Origin: Candidatus Gottesmanbacteria bacterium GW2011_GWA2_43_14
GTDB lineage: Bacteria; Patescibacteriota; Microgenomatia; 2-02-FULL-39-11
NCBI GenBank assembly: GCA_000999095.1
Contig: LCFP01000001.1
Coordinates: forward strand, 74,230-138,229
Reading direction: 5' to 3'
DNA: 64,000 nucleotides
This document shows, one piece after another, positions 29,212 through 38,478 of this stretch. Positions within the stretch are counted from its first letter, which is position 1. Every line of letters starts with the position of its first letter. Position numbers and translations under genes: made by a program. The notes below the pieces were generated by a model. That model saw nothing but the letters and a program-made list of their open reading frames with translations, did no database searches and was not told the DNA's origin.

Positions 29212-29610
29212 CTAGCCGTTGTCTATCTGCCTCCGATACTCCTCCCAAATATTTTTATTCCATATTTCAAAGTGGTCTCCTGCTCCCTTGACTAATACCT
29301 GCTCTTCTATACCGGCATATTCCATCATTCTCTCCGGTATAATGAATCTGCCCTGGCTGTCCAGTTCGACGTTGATGGCATCGGCAAACATTTTTCTTCG
29401 TAAATCCCGGCCTTCCTTGTCACTGAACAGCGGTCTTGAAAGTTCAGGCTCTGTTGTCTTTTCCCAGGCTTTTTCAGTAAAGCCGAAAATGCATTTTTCG
29501 AAACCGATCGTCAGGACCAGCCTTTTACCTCCAAGCTCTTCCCTGATCTTTTTCGGCAGGGCAAGCCTGCCCTTCTCCATCAGATTCGGCTCAAATGTAC
29601 CAAGAAACAT
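29212..29610 (-). CDS. mraZ: Transcriptional regulator MraZ
   Basis: MFLGTF...KGRLALP, LDSQGRFIIP, GAGDHFEIW; first gene of dcw. Confidence 0.97.
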   Translation of the reverse strand: MFLGTFEPNLMEKGRLALPKKIREELGGKRLVLTIGFEKCIFGFTEKAWEKTTEPELSRPLFSDKEGRDLRRKMFADAINVELDSQGRFIIPERMMEYAGIEEQVLVKGAGDHFEIWNKNIWEEYRRQIDNG

Positions 29611-29612
29611 AA

Positions 29613-29652
29613 TTTTCTACACTTTTCACCATTTTTCTACACTTTTCACCAT
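29613..29652 (-). promoter_or_regulatory. Probable MraZ-binding boxes: exact 20-bp tandem duplication with 10-bp periodicity
   Basis: Minus strand (ATGGTGAAAAGTGTAGAAAA)x2 ending 2 nt before the mraZ ATG. Confidence 0.8.
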
Positions 29653-29660
29653 TCAATTAC

Positions 29661-29689
29661 ATAATGATACAAAAAAATACACCTGTCAA
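29661..29689 (-). promoter_or_regulatory. Putative sigma70 promoter of the dcw operon
   Basis: TTGACA (29689-29684), 17 nt spacer, CATTAT (29666-29661), directly upstream of the repeats. Confidence 0.6.
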
Positions 29690-29727
29690 GAGGGATCGGT
29701 AAGAAAAAAGTGAGAATTTCGAAGTGA

Positions 29728-31329
29728 TTACTTCAGACCGAGGATGACGACGGCGTCGGCCTCATCGTCTTCAGGCAGAGTTTCGACTTTTTCAGTTGAA
29801 AATTTATCCTTAAGATCGCCGATAAGTAGCGGCAGATAGTTCTTTTTGCTGTCTTTTATGCGGATAATCGTTTCGGCGGCATCTTCTTCGGCGTTGCCGA
29901 CCGTCCCTATCGTATAACCTGATTCCTCAAGGCTGTCGGCATTTTGCCTGGCAATACCTGAGGTATCAGTACCGTTCAATACGGAAACAGTCAGATCTTC
30001 TTTTTTCAGGTCAGGGTCAATTGTCGGGGTCGGGGTTAAAGTCGGCACAGGAGACGGTGAAGGAGTGGCTGTCGGTTGGCTGACGAAAGGCAGGTTGACA
30101 GAACCTCCCCTGGCCATTACCAGGTAGCCGCCGACGGTTAGTAAACCGATAGCCAAGGCGATCACAAACCAAATGTATTTGCTGAATGATCCCGATCTGC
30201 TCGATCCTTTAAATTCGGTGATACTGTCGGCAACCAACGGCGGTTCTTCAACGACAGGCACTGTTTCTTTTTCTTTTTCTTCTGTCTCGATTTTGAGAGG
30301 CACGGCGACCGGTTTTTCCTCTTTTTCAACTACCTCAATTGTTTCCATGACCGGTTTAGTCTCTGCGGTTTGTGTATCAACAGCCCCGGCCGTCGTCTTC
30401 TGGTATCTTTCTTCGATAATTTTCAAGTCGGAAGCAAAATTGGGAACATCAGCAAGCTTTGTCAGATTTGCCAGGCCGATGGTTTTATCGAAATAAAATA
30501 AAGGCACTCCGCCTGTGTCTATCTTCTCCTTGCTTTCCTTTTGGATTTCTTCTATCAAATGGCTCATTTTGACAACCGGTACAGCCAGGGATTCGCTTAA
30601 ATCCTCGGTTTTTGATTCCAGCGATTTTTCACCTGAAATGATGATTTTCGACGGGTGGTGCTTCTCCTCCTCAAGCTTTTTTAATACCGTTTTGATATCA
30701 GCAGACACTCCTTTACCCGCAGACTTACGGTTGAAAACTGTTACCGGCCCTTCATGGTCCAGGAGATAATACCTTTCATACTTGTCCAAATCAGCATAAA
30801 GATAAGTTTCACCTTCACTGATTTTGGTACGCAAAAGGGCATAGACCGAGAATGGGGCAACGGAAAGAAAATTTATTTTCATTTTTTCCTGGCTGAACAG
30901 GTGGTGGTATGACAATATCAGGGAAAGGGGAAGCGCTGTAAAGAGGATAGTTTTACCGGTACGGCCGTCTATTTCCTTGAAGTAACTTTCATAATGGGAG
31001 ATATCCTGTGGCAGATAGTTTTTCGCCTGGGATATGATCCATTCCGGTGTTACTTTTACCTCGCTGTTAACAGGCAGGCGTTTAATGATCACCTGATCTC
31101 CCGGCAGAACCAGCGACAGCTGGTTATCTTTTATCTCTTTAGGATATGCGGTGACCAAAGCTTCACGGAAGGCTGTAACTAATCCTTTTGCATCGGAGAT
31201 CAGTCCGTATTCAAGGACTTTTTCTTTAAAGAGTTTCCTTGAAACAGCAATGAATTTCTCGTCGGAGACAAGTCCTTTTTTTGTCTCCAGAAGTTCCAAT
31301 GATTGGTCAGTCAGACTTATGTAAAGCAT
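29728..31329 (-). CDS. Membrane protein: PilM-like N-terminal domain, acidic linker, TM, PT-rich stalk, LytR C-terminal (LytR_C) domain
   Basis: C-terminal VSVLNGTDTSGIA...LEESGY.IGTVGNA...DAVVILG is LytR_C-like. N-terminal LYISLTDQSLELL, LVLPGDQVIIKRLP, KIIISGE resemble PilM/actin-like fold without clear ATP motifs. Confidence 0.65.
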   Translation of the reverse strand: MLYISLTDQSLELLETKKGLVSDEKFIAVSRKLFKEKVLEYGLISDAKGLVTAFREALVTAYPKEIKDNQLSLVLPGDQVIIKRLPVNSEVKVTPEWIISQAKNYLPQDISHYESYFKEIDGRTGKTILFTALPLSLILSYHHLFSQEKMKINFLSVAPFSVYALLRTKISEGETYLYADLDKYERYYLLDHEGPVTVFNRKSAGKGVSADIKTVLKKLEEEKHHPSKIIISGEKSLESKTEDLSESLAVPVVKMSHLIEEIQKESKEKIDTGGVPLFYFDKTIGLANLTKLADVPNFASDLKIIEERYQKTTAGAVDTQTAETKPVMETIEVVEKEEKPVAVPLKIETEEKEKETVPVVEEPPLVADSITEFKGSSRSGSFSKYIWFVIALAIGLLTVGGYLVMARGGSVNLPFVSQPTATPSPSPVPTLTPTPTIDPDLKKEDLTVSVLNGTDTSGIARQNADSLEESGYTIGTVGNAEEDAAETIIRIKDSKKNYLPLLIGDLKDKFSTEKVETLPEDDEADAVVILGLK

Positions 31330-31354
31330 TTTTTTACTTACTTTTAAAAGTTTA

Positions 31355-31807
31355 TCACAAATTATAACTTTTTTGAAAGACTGAGATTCCTCCGGTGCCT
31401 GTGAATTTCAAAGACAAATCTATTTTCTCAACTCCAGTATCATAAACACACTTGCCGCTGGAACAGGTTCCTAAAACTATATCATCCCTGGTAACCTCTT
31501 CCTCGCCTTCATCCAGCTTGATTTCCCCTAAAACGCCTCTGGGGAGGTCATTTCCGGTGACATAAGTCAGCTCGTACTCTATGACACTTGTCCCGGCCGG
31601 AATTCCCGATATTTTGAGGGTAATTGATCTGTTGCCGTTTAAGGGGATGACTTCTACTTTTACGTCGTCGGTCACTGTCGGCAGGATAGCTGTCGGAGTC
31701 GGTATCAGTTCGGTTTGTGCTTGGGGTTGGCTGTTTTTCCGCAAAAGCATAATTCCTCCCCCCAAAACCAGAATTAAAACAATGGCAACTATAAATGCCC
31801 TTTTCAT
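31355..31807 (-). CDS. Hypothetical membrane-anchored/secreted protein
   Basis: N-terminal TM, PTPT linker, beta-rich domain with LGTCSSGKCVYD cysteine pair. Confidence 0.75.
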   Translation of the reverse strand: MKRAFIVAIVLILVLGGGIMLLRKNSQPQAQTELIPTPTAILPTVTDDVKVEVIPLNGNRSITLKISGIPAGTSVIEYELTYVTGNDLPRGVLGEIKLDEGEEEVTRDDIVLGTCSSGKCVYDTGVEKIDLSLKFTGTGGISVFQKSYNL

Positions 31808-33093
31808 GATTGCAGTTGCTTTTTCAGATAATCAGCTAATTTCCGGTATTTAACTCTTTCCTGAACGGCTGTATCACGATCCCTGACTGTGACTGTTTCA
31901 TCTTCAAGTGTATCATAGTCAATTGTGATGCACCAGGGAGTGCCGATTTCATCCTGGGAGTAATATCTTTTGCCGATATTTCCCCGGTCATCGAAAACCG
32001 CAGGCAGTTCTTTTTTTATTTCAAGGTAGATTTCCCTGGCTTTAGAAACGAGCTGTTCCTTATTGGAAACGAGCGGAAAAACAGCGGCTTTATAGGGAGA
32101 TAGACGGGGGGAAAGTCCCAGAACGGTCCTTTTGCCGTCCTCACGGTAGGCATCCGACATCAGGGAAAAAAGCAGCCTGTCCACTCCAACAGAAGGCTCG
32201 ATGACATAAGGAGTCAAGATGTTTCCCCCATCAGCATCCTTATAATTCAGCGCTTTTCCGGAATATCGGCTGTGCTGTTTAAGGTCGAAATCGCTCCTTC
32301 TGGCGATACCCCAGATTTCAGACCAACCAAAGGGAAATTGGTATTCTATATCGGTTGTGCCCTTGGAATAATGGGCTAACTTCTCTTTAGGATGGTCGTA
32401 ATAACGCAGGTTTTTCCTCTTCAATCCCAATTTAGACAGAAAATCAAGACAAAACTCCTTCCAGTAAATAAATTGTTCCTCATCTGATTCGGGGTAGATA
32501 AAATATTCCAGCTCCATCTGTTCGAATTCCCGGCTTCTGAAAATGAATTTCCCGGGGGTGATTTCATTGCGGAAAGCCTTGCCTATCTGCGCGATACCGA
32601 AAGGCAATTTCGGGTGGAAGGTATCCTGGATATTATCAAAATTAACAAAAATTGCCTGGGCAGTTTCACCCCTCAGGTAGGTTAAGGCCGTCTCATCTTC
32701 TACCGGACCTATAAAGGTTTTTACCAGAATATTGAATTTCTTCTCTTTATCCAGTTTCTCCCCGCAGACTGGACACTTGTTTTCATTTAAATCTTCCGAC
32801 CGGAAACGGCGGTGGCAGCCGGTGCATTCCCTCAAAGGATCGGCAAATCCGCTGCCTGTATGTCCTGACGCCTCCCAGATACGCGGATTCATGATGATTG
32901 AAGCGTCCAAACCGAAAACATCATCGCGTTTTTCGACAAACTCCTGCCACCACAGTTCTTTAATATTATTCTTAAGAGCTACCCCCAACGGCCCGAAATC
33001 CCAAAATCCGCCGAAACCGCCGTAGATTTCACTGGAGGGAAAAACAAACCCCCGTCTCTTGGCCAGACTGACGATTTTATCCATGTTATTCAT
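31804..33093 (-). CDS. glyQS: Glycine--tRNA ligase, homodimeric (alpha2) type
   Basis: KRRGF..SSEIYGG, WEASGH, LRGETAQ, FRNEITP..FIFRSREFEQME, IEPSVGVDR, IGKRY..QDEIGTP. Confidence 0.98.
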   Translation of the reverse strand: MNNMDKIVSLAKRRGFVFPSSEIYGGFGGFWDFGPLGVALKNNIKELWWQEFVEKRDDVFGLDASIIMNPRIWEASGHTGSGFADPLRECTGCHRRFRSEDLNENKCPVCGEKLDKEKKFNILVKTFIGPVEDETALTYLRGETAQAIFVNFDNIQDTFHPKLPFGIAQIGKAFRNEITPGKFIFRSREFEQMELEYFIYPESDEEQFIYWKEFCLDFLSKLGLKRKNLRYYDHPKEKLAHYSKGTTDIEYQFPFGWSEIWGIARRSDFDLKQHSRYSGKALNYKDADGGNILTPYVIEPSVGVDRLLFSLMSDAYREDGKRTVLGLSPRLSPYKAAVFPLVSNKEQLVSKAREIYLEIKKELPAVFDDRGNIGKRYYSQDEIGTPWCITIDYDTLEDETVTVRDRDTAVQERVKYRKLADYLKKQLQS

Positions 33094-33653
33094 CTTAAAC
33101 TGCGCTTAATTTTTGTCAAGAGAGGCAAACTCCTGATTTCTTTTTCCATAACTTCTTCCAGGGCGCGGTTCAGTTTGTCTCCGGACAAGTCAGCGGTTTG
33201 CGGCTGATAACCTAACTTTTTCAGCAAATCCAGGCAGAAATTATCACCGACTGTCTCGGCTTCTGACTTTTCATCGTTTAATTTTCTGAAAGCCATCAAA
33301 AGCGCATCAAATACTTCAAAATGGGCCTCATTCTCAGGTAACAGCCGGTCACAGATTTCCGTCAGCTTGTAAGCCATGCCGATTCTGTTAAGGCGTGTTC
33401 TTAAGAATTCAAATCCGTGGTAAGATTCAACATCGGTGATTATATTAAATGTCCGGCCGGCGGTCAGAAACAGTTTGACATGTTGGAAAAGGTCAAGATA
33501 GGGCGCTCTGCGGCTGGTTATTTTCCTTAGACCCGGTGCTTTGACCGTTATTCGTCCGAATTCCCTGGTAACCACAGTCAGCCTGACATCAGCCTCACCC
33601 ATCTTTATTTTACGGATGACTATAGCTTCTGCAGTGAAAAATTTAGGTTTCAG
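33090..33653 (-). CDS. recO: DNA repair protein RecO (short CPR-like form; probable CTG start at 33653)
   Basis: GEADVRLTVVTREFGRI...G.RKITSRR. The frame extends upstream of the track ATG (33602) as KPKFFTAEAIVIRKIK, matching the RecO first strand. Confidence 0.88.
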   Translation of the reverse strand: MKPKFFTAEAIVIRKIKMGEADVRLTVVTREFGRITVKAPGLRKITSRRAPYLDLFQHVKLFLTAGRTFNIITDVESYHGFEFLRTRLNRIGMAYKLTEICDRLLPENEAHFEVFDALLMAFRKLNDEKSEAETVGDNFCLDLLKKLGYQPQTADLSGDKLNRALEEVMEKEIRSLPLLTKIKRSLR

Positions 33654-35563
33654 TTAAATGACAGCTCTGTATCGCTATTCAGGATAATCTTCTGTTCCTG
33701 TCCGTCAACGCTTACCGTATACTCATGGTCCTGGGTGCCGGGTTGCTTCTGGATAAATAGCTTATTCCCGCTCTTTGGGGTTTTATAACTGATTTTTACC
33801 TCGGTTGAACCCTGAGGTTTAACCGTTAAAAATCCTTCAAAAACGGTTTTACCCAATTCATCATAAGTCAGGGTCTTTTTTTCGCTGCCTGTAAATTCCA
33901 CCAGGGTTGAGCCTTTGGGTACATAGATACGCAGCCAGTTGCGCAGGATGCCGTTCAGACAGAGCTGTCCTGCCTCGAGATTGCAGTTGGAGGCTTCCGC
34001 CGGATTCTTATAATTCAGCGTTAATGTCTGGGTTGTCCCCTCTCCTTCGTTTTTAATTTCCCTTTTGACAAAATGGCGGACAAACAGATTGGACTTGGCG
34101 CCGGCAAAGTTGACGTTGTTGATGTGCAAATAATCACCGCCATAATCTTTGATGCGTCCGCCGAAATTCAGGGCCTCGATGCCTTTTTGCGGCTCGTCAT
34201 CCTTGAAATAAAATAATAAATGCTTTTGCCCGGCTTCCTCCAAAAACATTTGCGAGAGCTTTCCCCAATATTGCGAGGGGGATACACCCAAAGCCCTCTG
34301 CATAATCTGGTAAAGCAAAGTCCCGATGATGCCCTTTCTGTCTTCACGGATGAAAGCAACCGGCCGGGTGGCATAATCTTCCAATTCATATATTGCTCTG
34401 GGACAGTCGCACCTTTTATCAATCTCCGCTGAAAATTGCCGGCCGTCGATATTAAATTCCCCTAAAATTTTAATGGTGGAAACCAAAACATGGGTATCCA
34501 GGGCGATGATACCCTGATATTCTCCCAGTTCGACGGAACTGTCCGCCAGCAGTTTTTCAAAGGCATTCATCGAAACATTGAAATCTGGTGACAGATTGCT
34601 GTCCCTTAACTGGAAATTAGGAACGTCTTTATGGTAGAGGGCGATTTTATCCGGCGCCGGAAAACTCTTTTTCTTAGCTTCATCCAATTTATAGATGTCA
34701 TCAGACCGTTCAACCGTCAGCTTGCCTTTGTCTATTTTGAAGATGGCAAATGCCGTCATGAAACCGCCTGTTGCCCGAAGCTCGGCGTCATTTTGGAAAA
34801 TCACCAAATAGCGTTGGCTCTCCCGGTTACCCATGAGTTTCGGCAGATTTTTCAATAAAGGCCGGGCTTCAACAAAAAGAGAGGCGGTTTCTTTAAAAAG
34901 GCTTTTTCCGGACACCAGCCGCTCACGGATAACCGTGGCACCGATTTTTTCGGGATAACGGCCTGGATCCACCTTTTCAAACTCTTTTTCAGCCAAAGAA
35001 ATTTTATCGGCAATTTTGTCAATTGACGGGACAATCTTATCCATTGTTTCGACTGCTGTTTTTATCCTGTCGTCGGCTGAGCCGGATACAAAAGTAGATT
35101 TACCTTTCAATCCGAGCAGATCAGCATAAGGGACCAGGGTGTCCACGGTGATTTGGGCTGCTTCAACCGAAAGGATGCCTCCCTCAACCATGGCAGCAGC
35201 GTCTTTTTGGTAGTTGCCGACAAAGGGTATAAAAGACACTGGTTTCAAAACCCTGATTCCCTCCGAGACATCATCCAGACTGTCTTTAAGTTCGGAAAGT
35301 TTCGGCTGCAGATTTTCAATATCCTGTTTTTTACCCGCATCATAGACCTGACCGGCTATTGTGGCGGACTTCTTTACGGAAGCTTGAAGTTTGCTGAGGG
35401 GTGAATACAAAAGCAGTGCCGGTACAATTATAATGACGAAAAACAGCAGGCCGGCCACCAGTAAAATTTTTTTTGCGCGTAGACTTTTTCGGCCGTTTGT
35501 GACTTTGGCGGCAACCGGGGTATTTGCTGTAAAACCTATTTTTTTGAAACCGTAAGTTTCCAT
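33650..35563 (-). CDS. DUF4012-like membrane-anchored protein
   Basis: N-terminal TM, long helical region, YLVIFQNDAELRATGGF, RDSNLSPDF, LRIYVPKGS, QKQPG. Confidence 0.85.
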   Translation of the reverse strand: METYGFKKIGFTANTPVAAKVTNGRKSLRAKKILLVAGLLFFVIIIVPALLLYSPLSKLQASVKKSATIAGQVYDAGKKQDIENLQPKLSELKDSLDDVSEGIRVLKPVSFIPFVGNYQKDAAAMVEGGILSVEAAQITVDTLVPYADLLGLKGKSTFVSGSADDRIKTAVETMDKIVPSIDKIADKISLAEKEFEKVDPGRYPEKIGATVIRERLVSGKSLFKETASLFVEARPLLKNLPKLMGNRESQRYLVIFQNDAELRATGGFMTAFAIFKIDKGKLTVERSDDIYKLDEAKKKSFPAPDKIALYHKDVPNFQLRDSNLSPDFNVSMNAFEKLLADSSVELGEYQGIIALDTHVLVSTIKILGEFNIDGRQFSAEIDKRCDCPRAIYELEDYATRPVAFIREDRKGIIGTLLYQIMQRALGVSPSQYWGKLSQMFLEEAGQKHLLFYFKDDEPQKGIEALNFGGRIKDYGGDYLHINNVNFAGAKSNLFVRHFVKREIKNEGEGTTQTLTLNYKNPAEASNCNLEAGQLCLNGILRNWLRIYVPKGSTLVEFTGSEKKTLTYDELGKTVFEGFLTVKPQGSTEVKISYKTPKSGNKLFIQKQPGTQDHEYTVSVDGQEQKIILNSDTELSFN

Positions 35564-36223
35564 CTATACAGCTCCCTTTCCGCTGATCATGGCCCAGGGA
35601 GTAACCATAAGAATTTTAATATCATACCATAAGGAGCGGTGGTCGACATAATCGGCATCCATAGCGATTCTTTTGTCAAAATTAACGGCACTTCTGCCTG
35701 AAACCTGCCAATAACCGGTTATGCCCGGTTTAATTGACAGAACTTTTGAGACTTTGGTCTTTGTAGCCGGATATTTGCGCTGCTGGTTAGCCAGTTCGTC
35801 CGGATAATAAGCGCGCGGTCCGACCAAAGTCATATCACCGACTATGACATTGATCAGTTGGGGAATTTCATCGAGGGAGTGTTTCCTGAGGAATTTCCCC
35901 AATCGGGTAACTCTGGGGTCCTCCTGCAGTTTATAGCTGTTTTTTTTATACTTTAGGTAAAGACTTCTTAAGTTGGGATCATTTCTTAACATCATATGGG
36001 CATTGACCACCATGGAGCGGAATTTATACATTTTAAACAGTTTGCCGTCCTGTCCGACCCTCTCCGGAGTATCGGCAAATATCGGCCCGGCAGAATCAAG
36101 CTTGATGATAACCGCCAGAACCAAACCAACCGGCAGGAAAATTATTCCCAAAATGACGGCCAGTACCATGTCAAGCCATCTTTTTAAATATAAATCGTAA
36201 GTCCTGCCTTTAAATAACGGCAT
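35564..36223 (-). CDS. Priming phosphoglycosyl transferase (bacterial sugar transferase)
   Basis: KRWLD, FKMYKFRSM, DPRVT..G.FLRKHSLDEIPQL, VGPR, KPGITGYWQVSGRS. Confidence 0.95.
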   Translation of the reverse strand: MPLFKGRTYDLYLKRWLDMVLAVILGIIFLPVGLVLAVIIKLDSAGPIFADTPERVGQDGKLFKMYKFRSMVVNAHMMLRNDPNLRSLYLKYKKNSYKLQEDPRVTRLGKFLRKHSLDEIPQLINVIVGDMTLVGPRAYYPDELANQQRKYPATKTKVSKVLSIKPGITGYWQVSGRSAVNFDKRIAMDADYVDHRSLWYDIKILMVTPWAMISGKGAV

Positions 36224-36241
36224 AAGTCAAATGATTGCCAA

Positions 36242-37324
36242 TTAAACCAAATGTTCGTTTTCTGAGTGCGAGAGGCTTTCCACCAGTTTTTTAATTTTGG
36301 GAACGGAATTTTTATGGCAGACCAAAACCACATCGCGGGTATTGATAACCAAGTGTCCTTCAAGGTCGATCGTGACCAGAAGTTGGTCGGTATAATTATA
36401 TATAAGGGAATCTGAACAATCGGTAACAACTACTTTGCCTTTAACCACATTTTTGTCAGCCCCAGTCTGCAGGGCTTCTTTGAGGGCTTCCCAGGCACCG
36501 ACATCGCTCCAACCCAAATCTTCACTGACCACTAGCCCTTCATCTGCTTCAATTTTTTCCAGAATGGCATTATCAAAAGAAAGCTTTGTCAGGCGGGGGT
36601 ATGATTTTTCCAATTGCGATGTGAATTGTCTGCTGCCGTAGCTTTCCTCGAGCAGGTCCATTTCCCTTGCCATCTCGGGTTGAAATTTCCGGAATTGAGT
36701 TTTCAGGTACGCCGGTGTGGTCACAAAATATCCGGTATTCCAGCCGTAGCTCCCGCTTTTAAAATAGACGGCAGCTTCAGTCAGGTCCGGACGGTATTTA
36801 AATCCCTGAAACTGCCGGAAAGATATTCCGTTGGCTGAGGTTTTCTCCTTGCCGTATTTTATCCAGCCTAAATTCTGGCTGGCAAACCTGGGCTTTTGAG
36901 TTATAAAAATAATTCTCTGCTTTTTATCTTCTATTTGTTTGCGGCTTTCATTGAGGATTTTTTTAAAAAGGTCCTGCTTTTTTATAATATGGTCGCTCCA
37001 AAGTATGACTATGGGAGTATGAGCATGACGGTGGTGCAATATGGCGGTAACCAGGGCGACTGCCGGACCGACATCCCTGGCTTCCGGCTCACCTAAAATA
37101 TTTTTATCGTTAAGCTGCGGCAACTGCTTTTTAACCTGTGGCACATATTTTTTATTGGTGGAGATATAAATATCATCCCAGGCGAAATCAGGAACCAAGC
37201 GCTCAATCGACAACTGCAGTGTCGATTTGTCGCCTATTACCTTTTCAAACTGTTTGGGAGAGCTTCTCCTTGATAGCGGCCAAAGCCTGGTACCGACCCC
37301 GCCGGCAAAAATTATTGCTTTCAT
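36242..37324 (-). CDS. manC: Mannose-1-phosphate guanylyltransferase
   Basis: AGGVGTRLWPLSR..PKQF, EPEARD, SDH, SFDNAILEK, GWSDVGAW. Start placed at ATG 37324 (ATGA overlap). Confidence 0.9.
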   Translation of the reverse strand: MKAIIFAGGVGTRLWPLSRRSSPKQFEKVIGDKSTLQLSIERLVPDFAWDDIYISTNKKYVPQVKKQLPQLNDKNILGEPEARDVGPAVALVTAILHHRHAHTPIVILWSDHIIKKQDLFKKILNESRKQIEDKKQRIIFITQKPRFASQNLGWIKYGKEKTSANGISFRQFQGFKYRPDLTEAAVYFKSGSYGWNTGYFVTTPAYLKTQFRKFQPEMAREMDLLEESYGSRQFTSQLEKSYPRLTKLSFDNAILEKIEADEGLVVSEDLGWSDVGAWEALKEALQTGADKNVVKGKVVVTDCSDSLIYNYTDQLLVTIDLEGHLVINTRDVVLVCHKNSVPKIKKLVESLSHSENEHLV

Positions 37325-38478
37325 ACCGATTGTTCTTTCCTCCATTTCCTTAAAATATATGCCTTCATCTTCCTCATAAATACTGCTTCGGAAAACCGTA
37401 TTGCATTTTCCCTTAGAAGCCGGGGATTAAATTCCATGGTTTCAAAAATCCTTAAGGCGTTTTCCAGTGATGCTTCTGTTTTTTCCCCGTAGAGTAAACC
37501 GGTTTGACCATGCCTGATGCTCTCGGCAGCTCCGCCCAAGGCAAGAGCGATGACCGGACTGCCGCAGGCTTGGGCTTCCACGGCTGTCAAACCGAAATCT
37601 TCTTCACCCGGAAAAATTAAACTTCGGCAATTTTGATAATACCAACACAATTTCCGGTCTGTCAAATTACCGGTTATAAATTTGACAGAATTGCCGGCCA
37701 GATTTTGCAACCTGCGGTTGTCCACTCCGCTGCCGATAACAACCAGTTTTTGTCCGGTCTTGCTGAACAGGCTAATGGCATAATCCAATCCTTTATAAGG
37801 GACGAGCCGGGAAACAATCAGGAAATAATCTCCCCTTGTTTTTTTGTCCGGAAGGCTGAATGAACCGGTATCAAGAGGCGGATAGACAACTTCCGCCTTC
37901 TCCCGGTAGAAACGGCTCAACCTCTTTTTAACCGTTTCGGATATGGCCAGATAGGTATCGGGTCTTTTGGCCGACAATAAGTCCCAACGCCGCAATGCCG
38001 GGGCAAAAAGCCTCATGCCTGCCCGGAATAAAGGGTTTAAAAGTCCGACACCGGGTTCGGCCAAATATTCATTATATCCGCTCCAAAGATACCTGGTTGG
38101 CGTCAAACAATAGCAAATATGCAACGTGCCGGGTTTGGTAATGATGCTTTTGGCATCGGAGGAAGTTACCGATAAGACAATATCAAAATCGCTGAAATCG
38201 AAATTTTCGAAAGCATATGGAGTCAGAAAAGGCAGCATTTCATGATAGCGGTCGGCCAGAGGAAGATGCTTTAAAAAAGAAGTCCTGACTTCAAAACTGT
38301 CCGCCCACGGTGCTTTGTTTCTGTCATAAATGGCAGTATATAGCGGAGCATCAGGATAAAGTTTATGCAGTGACAAAAGAACCCTTTCCGCACCGCCGAA
38401 TTTCACTACGCGGTCATAGACGAGGGCAATTTTCGGTTTTTCACCGTTTCTACTGTCTGTCATATCGGTAATAATCAT
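37321..38478 (-). CDS. Glycosyltransferase family 4 (mannosyltransferase-like)
   Basis: GGAERVL, YCLTPTRYLW, SRLVPYK, EDFGLTAVEAQACG. Confidence 0.93.
   Translation of the reverse strand: MIITDMTDSRNGEKPKIALVYDRVVKFGGAERVLLSLHKLYPDAPLYTAIYDRNKAPWADSFEVRTSFLKHLPLADRYHEMLPFLTPYAFENFDFSDFDIVLSVTSSDAKSIITKPGTLHICYCLTPTRYLWSGYNEYLAEPGVGLLNPLFRAGMRLFAPALRRWDLLSAKRPDTYLAISETVKKRLSRFYREKAEVVYPPLDTGSFSLPDKKTRGDYFLIVSRLVPYKGLDYAISLFSKTGQKLVVIGSGVDNRRLQNLAGNSVKFITGNLTDRKLCWYYQNCRSLIFPGEEDFGLTAVEAQACGSPVIALALGGAAESIRHGQTGLLYGEKTEASLENALRIFETMEFNPRLLRENAIRFSEAVFMRKMKAYILRKWRKEQSV

Noticed and set aside
29613-29652. Tandem repeat as CRISPR or VNTR
   Set aside because: Only two 20-bp units with no spacers or cas genes; position fits an MraZ operator.
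36184-36429. 81-aa minus-strand ORF bridging manC and the sugar transferase
   Set aside because: Out-of-frame overlap with two well-supported genes; no motifs.
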